Assembly (NCBI GenBank): GCA_001724265.1
Contig: MEDY01000047.1
Location: forward strand, 1 to 64,000
Reading direction: 5' to 3'
Length of the DNA: 64,000 nucleotides
From: Rhizaria sp. SCN 62-66
Taxonomy: Eukaryota
Positions 24,201-36,219 of this stretch are shown here, one piece after another (the first letter of the stretch is position 1; every line of letters begins with the position of its first letter). The position numbers were made by a program, and so were the translations under genes. A model generated the notes under the pieces. The model was not told where the DNA came from. It searched no databases and saw only the letters and a program-made list of their open reading frames with translations.

Positions 24201-27200
24201 TGCATCGGCGTCTGCGACGCGTACGCCTCCGCGAACGCAGACATGCGGGGCGAGGCAGCGGCGGCGGAGCCAGTAGCGCCCACCACACCGGAGCCGCGGG
24301 CGGCAAAGGGCAGAGTGAGTGACGGCCGCGCGAGCGCAGAGGTGGACGGGCTCGGCGGCTCCGGCGGCGGCGGCAGCGGGTGGTCGCGCATGTTGCGGCC
24401 ACCCCTGCGCTTGTCACTGCTGTCAGCATGCTCGTCGCCGAGCGAAGGGGGTGCATGAGAGTTACGGCTGTTGTTCTGAGAGCGACGCGCGATTTGCTCT
24501 GCAATCGCATCACGCGTCTGCAGATATTCCTCGTCCTCGTCTTCTCCCTCCTCTGCCTCCCGACGGCCGCCGGCACCAGTGCCGTCAACGCGAATCACAA
24601 CAGGCCCCGCCGGCGCAGACGCGGCGTTTTCATCGATTCCGCGCGCACCGCGGAGTCCCAGCATCGCGTCGTCGTCCCCCACGGCAAGCGACTGCCAGTG
24701 CGGGTGTGGCTGCGAGTCAGCCTTGCTGTGCGACGGCGAATCCCGGAAGAACGAGTGGTCGACCCGTGGCCGCGACGTCGGTGCCTGCGTCACGGCGCGC
24801 ACAAACGTGTCGTCGGCGTGTCCGCCGCCCAGCGCAGCCATGGCGGCGGCGTTGGGGTCCGACTCGCGCGAGTGCGCGTGGTGCGAGTGTGACCTCGTCG
24901 GCACCCGCTTCATCTGCTGCGGCTGACCACCCTGATGCTGCCCCTGCTGCTGCTGTTGCTGCTGCTGTTGTTGTTGAAGCAGCGTCGACGCGTTGGCGTC
25001 GGCGACGCGCAAGTGGTGGTGCTCTCGCGCCATGGCCAGCGCGCGCGCCATAGCCAGCGTGGGCCCCGCGCGCGGCGCCAGCGACAGCCGCGGCGCCGCA
25101 GGCAGCGAGCCGTAGACGCCGATCGGCGGCACGAACGCCAGGCTCTCGCGCGGCGCGTTCGCGGGGCGCACTTGCGGCGAGCGGGCTGATAAGGAAGACT
25201 CCCCGGTCGGCGGGGTCAGCGCGGCGCCCGCCGCGGCGGCGATGGCGGCGACTTCGCTGCGCGTCGCACTGCCGCGGGCTTCGTCGGCGGCGGCGCGCGC
25301 GCCACGGCCCGGGTGCGGCGGGGAGAGACCGCCGTCGGCGTACACCAGCGCCTGTGGGGCGCGGCCGCCGCGCGAGCCAGCCGCCACCGCCGCCGTGGCA
25401 GTCGCAGCAAGAGAGGCTGAAGCGGCGCTCTCGCGGCCGTCGGCGCCGTCGTGTGTCCCGTCGGTATGTCCGGGAGCGGCGCTGCCGGACTGGGATCGCG
25501 ACAGCGAGCGCGTGTCAGACCCAGCGGCGCCCGCAGCAGCGCCGAGGTTGCTGCGGTTGAAGCTGAGCGTGATGTCCTCGTCCTCGCCCGCGCCCAGCGC
25601 CAGCGCAACGGCGGCGGCCGCGGCGGACATCGGCGGGCGCTCACGCTCGCGGCGGCGGCCGCGGTCGCTGCGCTGCGAGGCCGTGGCGGCGCCGGGCAGG
25701 GTGACTGTGGGCATGCCGAGCGCGGTGCCGGGAGCGTGCTGCGACTGCGCAGGCGAGCCCGCTGCCTCTGCAGTCGCAGTTGCACCGCTCTGCTTGGAAG
25801 CGTCGGGCTCGACCTCAGAGCCCTCGGCGGCGCTCGCGGTGGCCTTAGCGGCTTCGACGGCGGCGCGAGCCACCTCAGCGCGGTGCTCCGCCCTCGCCAG
25901 CGCGTAATCTTCGTCATCGTCTTCATCTTCGTCCTCGTCCAAGTCGCCACTGTCAGTGTCGTGCTCCGCGTGCGTGCCGAGCATCGAGCTGCTGCGCGGC
26001 AGGAAAAAGTCGAGATCGCGGTCAATCTCGCGCGAGACGAGCGGGTTCACGCCGCCGCGCGCGGGTTGGGCCTCGCGGGAGTGCGCCGCAGCCGCCGCGG
26101 CCGCTGCGGCGGCGGCGGCGCCCGAGAGGTGCACCGGCGCGGGGTCGAGCGTTGCGGGCACAAGGTGGCTCGCGGAGAGCGCGGAGCGGACGTTAGAGTA
26201 GGCTGAGAGTTGAGACTGCGCCCCCGACGCGTGCTCCGAGGGCGCCGCGGACAGAGTCGGCGACAGCAGCGGCCCACCGGGCGCCGTCGTTGCAGCAGCG
26301 GCGCCGGTGGCTGCGGAAGAGGCGCCGAGGCGGGAGCGGGAGCGGGAGCGGGACCGCTGCGTGCTAGCGCCAGCGCCAGAGCCGGCGCCAACTGTCGTGG
26401 CAACGCCGTCGATGCCGATGACAACAGGCGCGAACGCCGGCGAGTAGTGCGGCGTCCCGCCCCCACCGGCGGCTCTACCGGCGGCAGCGTCGGCTGCCAT
26501 GGGCAAGTCGGCCGGCTCGGGTTCGTCGACCACTTCGAATAGATGCGGCTGCGGAGGCTGATGCGCGGTCGCCGCCGCGGCGGCGGCGGTGGCGGCTGCG
26601 GCGGCCGCGGGCACGCCGGGCGCGGCGGCAGAGGTGCCGAACAGCCCACCGTCGACCCACGCGTAAGACACATCCATGACGTTCGTGGTGAGCGTGTTGG
26701 CTTTGTCGACGCAGATGACGTCAACGCGGCCGAGCGCTTCGATCGAGGAGAGATTCTTGACGACGAAATGCGCGCGACTGAGGCGAGTGGCGCCGAGAAT
26801 GAGGCAGAGTGTGGCGACAATGACGAGACCTTCGGGGACGTTACCAACGATGATCGTGACGCAGTTGAGCGCCGAATTGTACACATCGTACCACTGCAGC
26901 CCGTAAAAGAAGCAGGCAAAGAAAGCGACGACACCGATAATAGCCATGATCCAGTTGAACCGGTGGATCTCCTTCATCACGTTCACACGGCCCATCGACG
27001 CTTCATTCACGTTGGGCGCGAGACGACCCGTGACGGTCGCGTCGCCGGTCCACACAACAAGCACGCGGGCGTTGCCGCGTGCGACACGCGTGCCTGCGAA
27101 AATCATGTTTTGCGTGTAAAAGATGTTTTCGTCCGCGTACGCGCTCGACTTGACCTGCAATTTGCTGTCACCAGAGACCGAGATCGGGTCAACGAGCATC

Positions 27201-30200
27201 CAAGGCACGATGTCCGCGCCAGCGACAACCACGGCCGGCGCGGCCAGAGAGCCGCTCTTCGCGACACCGGTGCCGGTTTGGGGCGCCATACTGCCGTCAT
27301 TGGAGACGACACTGGCGCGGCCGCCGTTGGGGAGCGCGATGCCGGCGCGCTTGCTCGCCGCAGCGGTAATCGCGGCGGCGGCAGCGGCGGCCGTGGCTGC
27401 GGCGGCGGCGGCGAGCGCGCCCGAGGCAGTGGAAGCGGCGGTGCCGAGGGCGAGGCCCTGCGGGGGCGCGGGGCCGGCGGCTGAAATGACACGGCAGTCC
27501 GCGGGCACGATGTCGCCTTCGCGCAAAATGACAACATCACCGGGGACGACATGGCGGGTCGCAATCGTAGACTCCTTGCCGTCGCGCAAGACCGAGCATG
27601 TGGCAGGCAGCAGGTCGTCCGGTAAAGCGACCACACCGGAGGACTTGCGCTTGACGTACATCGACAGAGAGCCTGTGAAAACGGACGCGATGACGATGAA
27701 GCTGGCTTCGTACATGTGGTCATAGCCGCTGAGATTGGCAAGTTTACCGAAGATGAAGAGCACAAGCACGCACGCCCACATAATGGGCATCGATCCCAGG
27801 AACACCGAGTCGAGCCACGTGATCACCAGCGAGCGCGTTTGCTCCGCACTGAGGATGTTGGGCCCGTAGATGTCGGCGCGCGACTCGGCCTCGGCGCTCG
27901 CCAGGCCCAACTCTGCCGACGTAAACAGCTGCTCCTCGAGCTCGTCCAGGAACAGCTTGTGCTCCAGCGCGTCCGCTTCGGGGTTATCGCGTACGAGCGC
28001 AACGAGTTGCAACACGAGCTTCGCGATGAGCTTGTCGAGCGCCTCGGCCGCGGCCACGGGGTCAGACGCGGCCGCGTTCGTCGCAGCCGCGGCCTGCTCC
28101 ACCGCGGCGGCCGCGGCTGAGTCCATGCGCATAGTGCTCTCGTTGTACACCCCGTTGCCGAGTAACTGACCGCGGCCAGGTGCGGAGCCCCCCGCGCCGG
28201 CCTCGGCGTCGCTGTCGGCGGTCGTGGTCATCGTGTCGCCGGCCGCGGTGGCCGTGCCGCCGCGGCCGACGACACCGGGGTGCGCGACGCTGCTGCGGCC
28301 GGCGACGGCGGCGAGCGCGGCCATCTCCAGCGCGCCCGCGCCGCCGCTGGAGCCGTCGCCGCGGCCGCCGTGCGCCACGTCGTCGTTGCTGCCGTCGACG
28401 AAAGCCATGCCGGCGAGCTCCGGCGGGAGACCACCGCCGAGAGTCGAGGTGCCGCGGGTGCGTGCGGAACCGATGCCGAGCGACTTAACGCCGGTCATGC
28501 TGATGCTGCCGCTCTCGCCAGCGCCGCCAGCTCCAGATCGGCCCGTCGTGAAGGCGTGGCTTGCGGAGCCGTTGCCGGTGCTGATGCCGCCCGCAGTGTC
28601 ATTCGAGGTCGTGCCGAAGCCAGAGGAAGGGCCGAAGAGATCGGCGAGGCGGCGGCGGCGCTCGACTGGCGAGCCTTGTTGACTGGCGGTGCCGTCGCCG
28701 CCGTCGCCGCCCGTGTCGCCGTTGCTCGGCGCGGTGGCGGGCGCGAGACTGAGGTTCCAGCCGCCGGCGCCGCTGTCCTGGTGTTGCAGCGACTGCTGCC
28801 GCATCGGCGTCATCAGCGACGTCGTGGCGGGCACAATATGAAACGAGGAGCCGCCGCCGTGGGTCAAGCCGGAGCTTCCCGGTGCAACCGCGGAGAAACG
28901 CGTCGAGCCGCCGGCGCCACTGCGAGTCATGAGCGCAGTGCTTGGATGCTCACCCGCTGCTGCTGCGGCGGCGGCGGCAGCTGCGGTCGCTGCGTTCGAG
29001 TGTTGACGGACGAGCAGAGAGTACTGCTCGGACATGCGCCCAGTCGCCGCTGTCGCAGAGCCGAGGCCGCCGCCGCCCTCGGTGCCGGGCGCGGCCCTGT
29101 CGCCCGCGTTGTACGAGCTAGACCCGGAGCCAGAGACGGGACCGGCGCCGGCCGAAGCCGCGGCGGGAAGGGCGAACTGTGATTCAGCGCCAAATGAGTC
29201 GTGCAGCCAGTTGTAGGTTGCGAGCCGGGTCAGGCCACCGGCAGCACGTTCGTTGTCACGCTCGCGCTCACGGTCACGCTCACGGTCGCGGGGTTGGTCG
29301 CGGGTCAGGTTGTGGTCGCGGTCACGCTCACGGTCACTATCCATAAGCTTGGGGCGAGGAGCGGTCCCGAGCGAGATGACGGGGGCCAGCGCAGGCGCAG
29401 GACCCATGCCGCCATCAGCGTTATGACTCTCCTTGTTGTTGTTTTTGGTCTCGTCCCAAGCGCCGGCGGTGGCTGCCTGCGTGCCGGCCCCGTGAGGCAG
29501 CATGCCGCCGTTGGCCATCGCACTCATCGCCAGCGCACTGTAGCCGCCGCCGCCGGTCGCCGTCGAGCCGAGCCCGAACCCGCTGCGGCGCCGGCCCTGC
29601 AGACCAGTGGTCGCCGCGGTGACCGTGGTGTCGTACTGGTCCGCTGCGTCGGGCCCCGTCGAGTGCAGGTACGACTGACCGCGCCTGTACGATGGTCCAC
29701 GGGGAGCGAAGCTGCCGCCGGTGACCGTGTCCGCGCTGCCGCCCGCGTTTGCACCTGTGTTGTTGGCGTTGGCGATAGAAGCGGGGTGGATGGTGTTGGC
29801 GTAGCTACCGTTGTTGTGCGCCGCCGTTAAGTATGAGAAGCGGCGCGCGACGGCCTCGCTGCCCCTGGCTTGCTGCAGAGTCATATACTGATTGTTATAC
29901 TGACCGTCACTCAAAAACGCCGAGCCACGGCCGTCCGCGCCGTCACCGGCGTTGGCGTTGTTCGCAGCGTTGGTCGTGTTGTGACTGAGCGCGGCCGCCG
30001 TGGCGGTTGCGATGACGTTCGCGGTCGTGGTCTTGTCGAGCTGGCGCGTGAAAATGCTCCCACGGGGCGCCGTCGGCCCGAGACGCGGCGAACCGGCGCC
30101 GAAGCGAGGAGACGCGCCCACGGCAGCCGCATTAGCGCCGAGGTGGGGGGACGCGCTGTCGCGGCCCCTGTCTCTGTTCTGGTTCGCAGCGGCGCGGTCG

Positions 30201-31822
30201 CCGTGGAGCGGAGGCTCGTGCTGCTGCGCAGCGCCAAACACTGCGCCGCTGCTGCTCCGGAGTCCGGGGCCGCCGCCGGTAAGCCGTTCGGTGTCGCCGC
30301 CGCTGGAGAGCGCGTTGGCGCCGGCGGAAGGCGAGCGCATGAACGGCACGGACCGCGGGCGAGGGCTGGAGCTCGCCAGCGCCAGCGAGGCGCGCGCGTG
30401 GTTCAACCGCGGCGAACTCACCGCGGCGTAATCGTTCGCGCTGTTGCGCGCGCCGCCCGCCGCCGCCGCCGCCGCCGTCGAGGCCGAGCTGGCGTGCGAG
30501 ACGGAGAGTTCGGCGCTGTCGCCAAGGCTGTCGGCGTCCGCCGCGGCCGCGGCGGCCACGGCGGCGGCGCCGCGGCGCATCATCATCCGCGTGGCCGCAG
30601 CCGCGCTGGCGCTGCCGCGGGCGCTGCTGGCCGCCGCGGCCGCGGCGGCGGCCTTGGGGTCCTTAGCGCTGCCGCGGGGCTCCTCGCTGCGACTATCGCG
30701 CTTGCTGCCGAAGGTGAACATACTGCTGCGGCGACGCCGCTGCTGCTCGCGCGCTGCCTCGGCAGCGCGGCGTGACCGTGAGACGTCGCCAGCGGCCGCA
30801 ATGGCCTGCACGAGCGCGGGCGCCATATTGACCGCGACGGCGCCGGAGCCGGAGCGCGAGCGCGAGCGCGAGCGCGCGCGGACTGAGCCGAACCGGGCCC
30901 GCCCGGAGCCGCCGATGCCGACCATCTCGTCCCCACCGGCGCCCGCGCCAGCGCCGGCAGCGCCGCCGGCAGCCGCGGCAACGTTGTTGTTCACCGCAAT
31001 GGCGAACGCGGCCGCGGCGGCGGTGGGCGCACTGAGCTGCGGCGCGTTGGGGTGCCGTTGGCCCGCGTGTGCCGCCGCGCGCTGCGACTCGACGATCTTG
31101 ATCAAGTCACTGATGGACAGATGGTGCGCGGCGCGCGTGTCGAAGGTGGCGAGCTCGCGCGCCATCAGCTGCAGCGCGCTCTCGCCGCCGGGGCCGGGCG
31201 CGGCGTTCTCGGCGATCGCGGCGGCGCCGGCCGGGGACGGCGCAGGCGCCGAAGCCAGCCCAGCGCCTGTCGCGGCAGCGGCGGCTACGGCTGCGGCGGT
31301 GGCAGGCTGCGCCGGGACCGACGCGGCGACGGCGGCGGGGACAGGTGCGGATGGGAACGGGTAAGGCAGCGTGGCGGCGGCGGCGACCGCGAGCGCGGCC
31401 GCGGCGGCAGCGGCGGCGGCGGCGGCGGCGGGTGGGGCGAACGCGTCGGCCGGAATGGGCTCGTTCAAACCGATCATGGTGAACTGCTGGTGCGGCGGCT
31501 GGTCCCCGCCGTCAGCGTTGCCGTCTAACTGCTGCTGGTGCGGCGCCGACTCGGCCGAGTAGAGAGAGGCCGGTAAGCCTGCGTTATTGCCGTCGCCGAA
31601 GTTACTCGTGATCTGGCCGTCGCCAAACGAGTGTGCAGTTTGCTGCTGCTGCCCATTCTCTTGTTCCTGCTGCTGCTGCTGCTGCTCTTGTAACGCTTGC
31701 TGTTGCGCAACAAAAGCAGGTAACAGCTCGTTCAGCACGAAAGAATACTGCTCCTGCGGTGCCAGCGCCAGGGCAGCGGCCTGGTTGTCGGGCGATAGCA
31801 GATGCAGCAGCAGCAGCGGTAC

Positions 31823-31853
<31 letters not shown>

Positions 31854-34800
31854 ACGGACGGCGCGATAGAGCCTCCGTGACCGGTCTCGGAGCCAGCGAC
31901 CCCCAACACGCCGAAACCGAGGCCCATGCCATTAGCGTTGCTTGCAGCGAGGTTGTTGGCGTCACCGACGCTGGCGCTGACGCTGACGCTAGGCGCAAAG
32001 CCACTGATACTAAGCCTGTTGTACGACGGCTCAAGCCCAGCGCCCGTGATATCGTGCTGTAAACCGTAGCCGTTGTTGTGGTGCGCTGTGAAGTCGAATT
32101 CGGCGGCGCTGGTGACCGTGGCGTAGTGGTCGGGGAACGGGTTCACACTGGCGGTGTAAGTTAAGTCACCTGCGTGTCCGTCGGCATCGTAACCAGCAAC
32201 GGCACCGGGGCTCGCGCTGTGCATGGTCATGTTTTGATCACGCGCGTTTGCGTTTGCGGCGAGATTGAGCGCGCCATCGACCGGCGCCGTGGCCGCTGAC
32301 TCGGCGTCCGCGTCCGCCGTCGAGGGCGCCGACGACGCTGTTGCAGCCGCAGTTGCGGCGGCCGCGACTGCGGCAACGGCGGCAGCGTGATTCGCTGCCA
32401 GCGCGGCCGCGGCCTCAGAGGCAGCTGCGTCTGCGGCCTGTGCGGCGTTGTACGCATCGGTGACCGTCTCCCAGGCGAGTAAGTTAAGCCGCCACTGCTC
32501 CAGGGTCGAGGGCACCAGAGCGGCGGCGTCCGTGGCGGCGGCGGCGGCGGCAGCGGCGGCGGCGGCGGCGGCGGCCTGGTTCGGGGTGACGGGAGCCAGT
32601 CCGCCGACAGCCAGTGGCAGCGTGGCCTGGCCCTGTGCCGTGTGCAACAGCCCGCCGCCTCCAGCGCCGCCTCCAGCGCCGCCAGTGATCGCGCCGGTGA
32701 GACCGAGGTTTGGACCGAGGTTCGGACCGAGGCCGATGCCGAGACCGTGCGCGAGCGTGCTTGTGCTGTAGGGCGTCGTGTTGTACGGGGTCGGTGCGAG
32801 AGAGAGACCGGGGATGCTCTGGAGCTGTTGTTGCTGCATGTGGAGCTGCATCTGCTGCTGTTGCAGCTGTAACTGTTGCAAGTCGGGGAGACCGCCGGTG
32901 GTCGCTGCGGTCGTGCCGGGGAACTGCTGGGACTGCGACCGCGACTGCGAGAGAGGCATCGACGACAGAGGCGTCGTGCCGAGAGTGTTGCTTTGACTGC
33001 CATCGGTCGTGTTGCTCTCAGCCTCAGCACTTCCTTCAACCACGGGACTCAACGCCCCTGCGTTCGCGCCGGCACTGGCGCCGCGCCTGTGGCCGCGCGC
33101 TCCGTCCGGAATCGGTTTAAGGCCGGAGCCGCCGCCGAAGAGAATGTGCGCATCGCCCAGCGCGGCAGGGAACGAGCCCTCGTCGCCCTGCTGCGACAGC
33201 TTCAGCGTCGGCACAGCCTGGCCTGCCGCCGCCGCCGTTGCCGCCACCCCAGTGCCAATCGGCATTCCAGCGCCGACTGCGGTGCCGATGGGGAGCGCGC
33301 CGCAGCCGTTGTACTGGTGGGGTGTGCCCGCGGTCAGCAGCGTCTGCAGCAGCCTATCGATGTCGTGCTCTTCGTCCTCGTTGCCATGCCACAGCGCAAA
33401 TGAGGTCCCGCTGGCGACGCCGTTGTTGCGCGCCGCCGCCGCGCGCGCAGCCGTCTCGGCCACGGCGGCCTGGTGGGCCTGCGCGTGCGCCTCGGCAGCG
33501 GCGACAGCGGCTAGCACCGCGGCAGAGCTCGCGTTGGCCATCGCCAGCGCTTCGGCCTCGAGAGCGGCGCGCGCGGCGATCATGAGCTCTTGCGCGGTCT
33601 GCGCCTTTTGCGCGCGCGCCTGTAGCAGCTCGGTTTGCAGCATTGCCAGCGCAGCCGGGGAGAGCCGTTGCTCGCCGATGAACTCGTCCACGGCGGCCCC
33701 CGCCTCCGTACTATGACCATCGCCTCCTTCGCCTTCGTTTCCGTGACGAGGGCTGCGGGACTTAAAGCCAGACTCGGAAGGCGCTGAGGCGAAGAGGTTC
33801 AGCAGAGCCTGCGGGTTGGACTTCGTGGCCGCTGTGGCCGCAGCGACCGCGACAGCGGAGGACGAGGACGACAGCCCATTAGCGAGAGTGCCTGCGTCGC
33901 CGTCGTTGCCGCCGGAGGGTGGGGACGACGCGGCCTAAGCACCAGATCCAGCGCCGCTGCTCTCGAGGTCTTTGCTCACGCTAGATTGGGCGTGCAGCGT
34001 GGCTTGACGGCGCAGTGTACGTGTGCGCTGCAGCTGCACCACGAGACTCGCGCGCTGCCTGTGCGCGCCGGCAGCCTTGAAGAGCCGCGCACGCATGTCG
34101 TCGAGCTCTTTCTCGTGCTCAGCGTTTGGCCTCGCGCCAGCGCCAGCGTTGGAGTTGGCCACGCCGTTGTCGCCCTTGTTGTTGTTATAGAGGGCGTCGA
34201 GCTGGCGCGCGAGCGATTCGAGCCGTTCAGCGCGGAGAGTGGCCTGGACAACGAAGTCTGGCACGCCTGCCATGGTGTCGCTGTCGGTGTTGACGTAGCC
34301 GTACACCGTGTTCTGGCCAGCGCCAGCGGTGTCAGAAGTCGAAGATGGCTATCCACTGGTTTGAGCGGACTTAGTCGCAAAGAACGCGGCACGAGTGGAA
34401 GGAACTGCAGCTGTCGATGTCTTACTGGCGGTCTTATCAGTCTTAGCAGTGTTGTCGGCAGCGTCAGCGTCGGCGTCGGCCTCGGTCTCGGTCTCGGCAA
34501 CAGAAGGCAGCAGCATCCGCGGCGTCACCGTGTTGGCGTGCCCCAGCGCCAGCGCCCCGCCGTTACGGCCACTCCCGTTTTGACCGGGACTTTGACCGGC
34601 GCCGGCGGGGGTCGCAGTGCTGCTCTGTGGCGAGACGCCAGTGCCGCTAGAGCCGCTGGTCGAGGGCAAAAGCAGCGTTGTGCTCATATCGCCCCCCACC
34701 TCAGCGGTCACGGCGGTGCCATTGATGCTGACCGCGCCGCTCCCGCTGAAATTGACGCCTCCGTGGCCGTTGTCGGTGCCGGCGTTGCCGCTGCTGGTGC

Positions 34801-35512
34801 TGTGGCTCAGCAGCGGCGCCGAGGCGTTGCGGTCAAACGGGCCGTACGCACCGTCACGTGCACCCTCATGTGTACCGACCAGCCTAGCAGCGCCATCGAC
34901 GTGCGGACTCGGCAAACTAAAGCCAGGGCCGCTGCTGTCGCTCGAGCCGAGTCCCAGCCCGTTGCTGTTGCCGCTGGCGACACTGGGACCGACTGCGCCG
35001 CTGCTGCTGGCGCCCAGATTCAGCCCAAAACTGCTGCTGGCGAGAGACGACTGCGACGCAGAGGCGGTTAAAGACGAGGCTTCGGACGGTGACGGCACCA
35101 TCAGCGAGTGCGCGTTAACGCTGTTGTTGCTGCCGTTGACGTTGTTTCTCGCGCTCGCATTGTTTGCGGTCGAGGGGAGGATGGGAGCGCGGAAGAAAGC
35201 GCTTGGACGCATTGTAGCCGCTGCAATCGTGTTTCCCTGGCCCTGAGGCTGCTGACTGCCGTTGTTGCTGGAATCGCTCGCAACAGCGTCCATGGGCGCA
35301 GCGAGGGTGGCGGCAACCATGCGCTGCGTCGTCACCGGGGACGGCAGTGCACCGGCCCCCGCGGAACTGCCGGCGGCGGCGGTTGCGATGGGGAGTTTCG
35401 ACGGCGGCTGTGCGATCACAGCCAACGCGGCCGGGTCAGCCATCCGCGGCTGCGGCGATGAGAGTGGTGACGACGCAGCTGACGCAGATGCAGCGGCCGC
35501 AGAGGCTGCGGT

Positions 35513-35543
<31 letters not shown>

Positions 35544-36219
35544 GCGGGAAGCGCGGGCGGGTGCGCGGCGGTGGCCGTGACGGTAGGCGCGAGAGGGTCA
35601 ATGAGGTGGCGCGAGATGGGCAGCACGGCATCCATGCCAAGCGCCAGGAAACGCGCGCGCAGCAGGGGCGCGACGAAGAGATAAAGCTGGCGCTTCAGAC
35701 GCAAGGCCTGGTGCACTGTGGGGCGCAAGGGGGCGCGGCGGAGTAATGGCGGGGTGAGAGGCGAAAGGGGCGGGGTGAATGGGTGGCGTGAGTGGGTGAA
35801 AGCGAGGGATGACGCAAGAGGGATGACGAGATCATAAGGGTCATATTTGCGAGCATAAAAGACAACGAGTGGGACAATACAGAAAGATGATGGAGCGTAC
35901 CTTGTTCCCTCTTGCGCGCGAAGGCGGCGTAGAGCGCGTTGCGACGCGGGTCAGTGCCGTGCGTGTGTTGTCCATGCGTGCTGCCGTGGCTTTGATGACT
36001 GTGGTGGTCGGTAAACATCTCTGCCACTTCGGCCGCAGACGCAACCTTAGCGGTGCGCTTCGCCTCGGTGCGTTTAGACTTACGCGAGACCTTCTTCGGG
36101 TCAGCATTTTCGCGGCTGGAGGAGCGCGGGCGGCGGCGGGCGTCTGGGGAAAGACCCGAGGCCGCTCGCTTAAAAGCTCTAGCTGAGCTTGTTGACTCGC
36201 TACGTTCGCGGCCAGGCAT
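18209..36219 (-). CDS. Giant (~5940 aa if TAG is read) P-type ATPase of the P2C (Na+/K+, H+/K+-like) type, with degenerate catalytic motifs and huge low-complexity insertions
   Basis: Exon 1 36219-35901, intron 35900-35716 (GTACGC..CAG), exon 2 35715-18209 in one frame broken only by TAG at 34349, 33935 and 20423. Motifs in order: GL..AEAESRADIYGPNIL, VPGDVVILREGDIVPADCRVI, VSGDS, NMIFAGT, NVPEGL, ICVDKANTLT, IAALC, GDAVDVAI, DIPFNPRDK, KGAPERVL, DPPR, MLTGDHPLTA, ARLSPQQK, VAVTGDRVSDAPALRQAD, DMPPAVALAFEAPE, ELRK, C-terminal RISDY then TGA. Confidence 0.85.
20423..20425 (-). other. In-frame TAG within the ATPase cytoplasmic loop (SPQLP*SPQSAGS)
   Basis: ORFs 20423..33691 and 18209..20011 share a frame (offset 414 nt); I translated the gap and found no further stop. 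Confidence 0.92.
31824..31853. repeat. (GGC)10 coding microsatellite (poly-Pro in the ATPase); one of many GCG/CAG triplet runs encoding poly-Ala, -Gln and -Pro
   Basis: Seen directly. Confidence 0.9.
33935..33937 (-). other. In-frame TAG in the ATPase N-terminal extension (SGAGSGA*AASSPPS)
   Basis: Same frame as 33691 (offset 246 nt); the gap is open. Confidence 0.9.
34349..34351 (-). other. In-frame TAG in the ATPase N-terminal extension (SAQTSG*PSSTSDT)
   Basis: Same frame as 34306 (offset 45 nt); the gap is open. Confidence 0.9.

Noticed and set aside
20423-34351. In-frame TAGs as 3' splice acceptors of hidden introns
   Set aside because: Upstream sequence is GC-rich, open and coding-like, unlike the AT-rich introns here. 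I found no phase-compatible GTAYG donor nearby; the GTACGG at 34304 is in the wrong phase for the TAG at 33935.
16288-34351. A-to-I editing of TAG to TGG (Trp), as in fungal premature-stop restoration
   Set aside because: Trp is implausible in the disordered Ser/Pro/Ala contexts, and editing would not explain the absence of terminal TAG. Disfavoured, but not formally excluded without RNA data.
18276-35746. Dozens of long overlapping and antisense ORFs (Arg/Ala/Pro-rich) across the ATPase and the other genes
   Set aside because: Shadow ORFs expected from very high GC and biased codon usage; none has a recognisable motif, while the main frames do.
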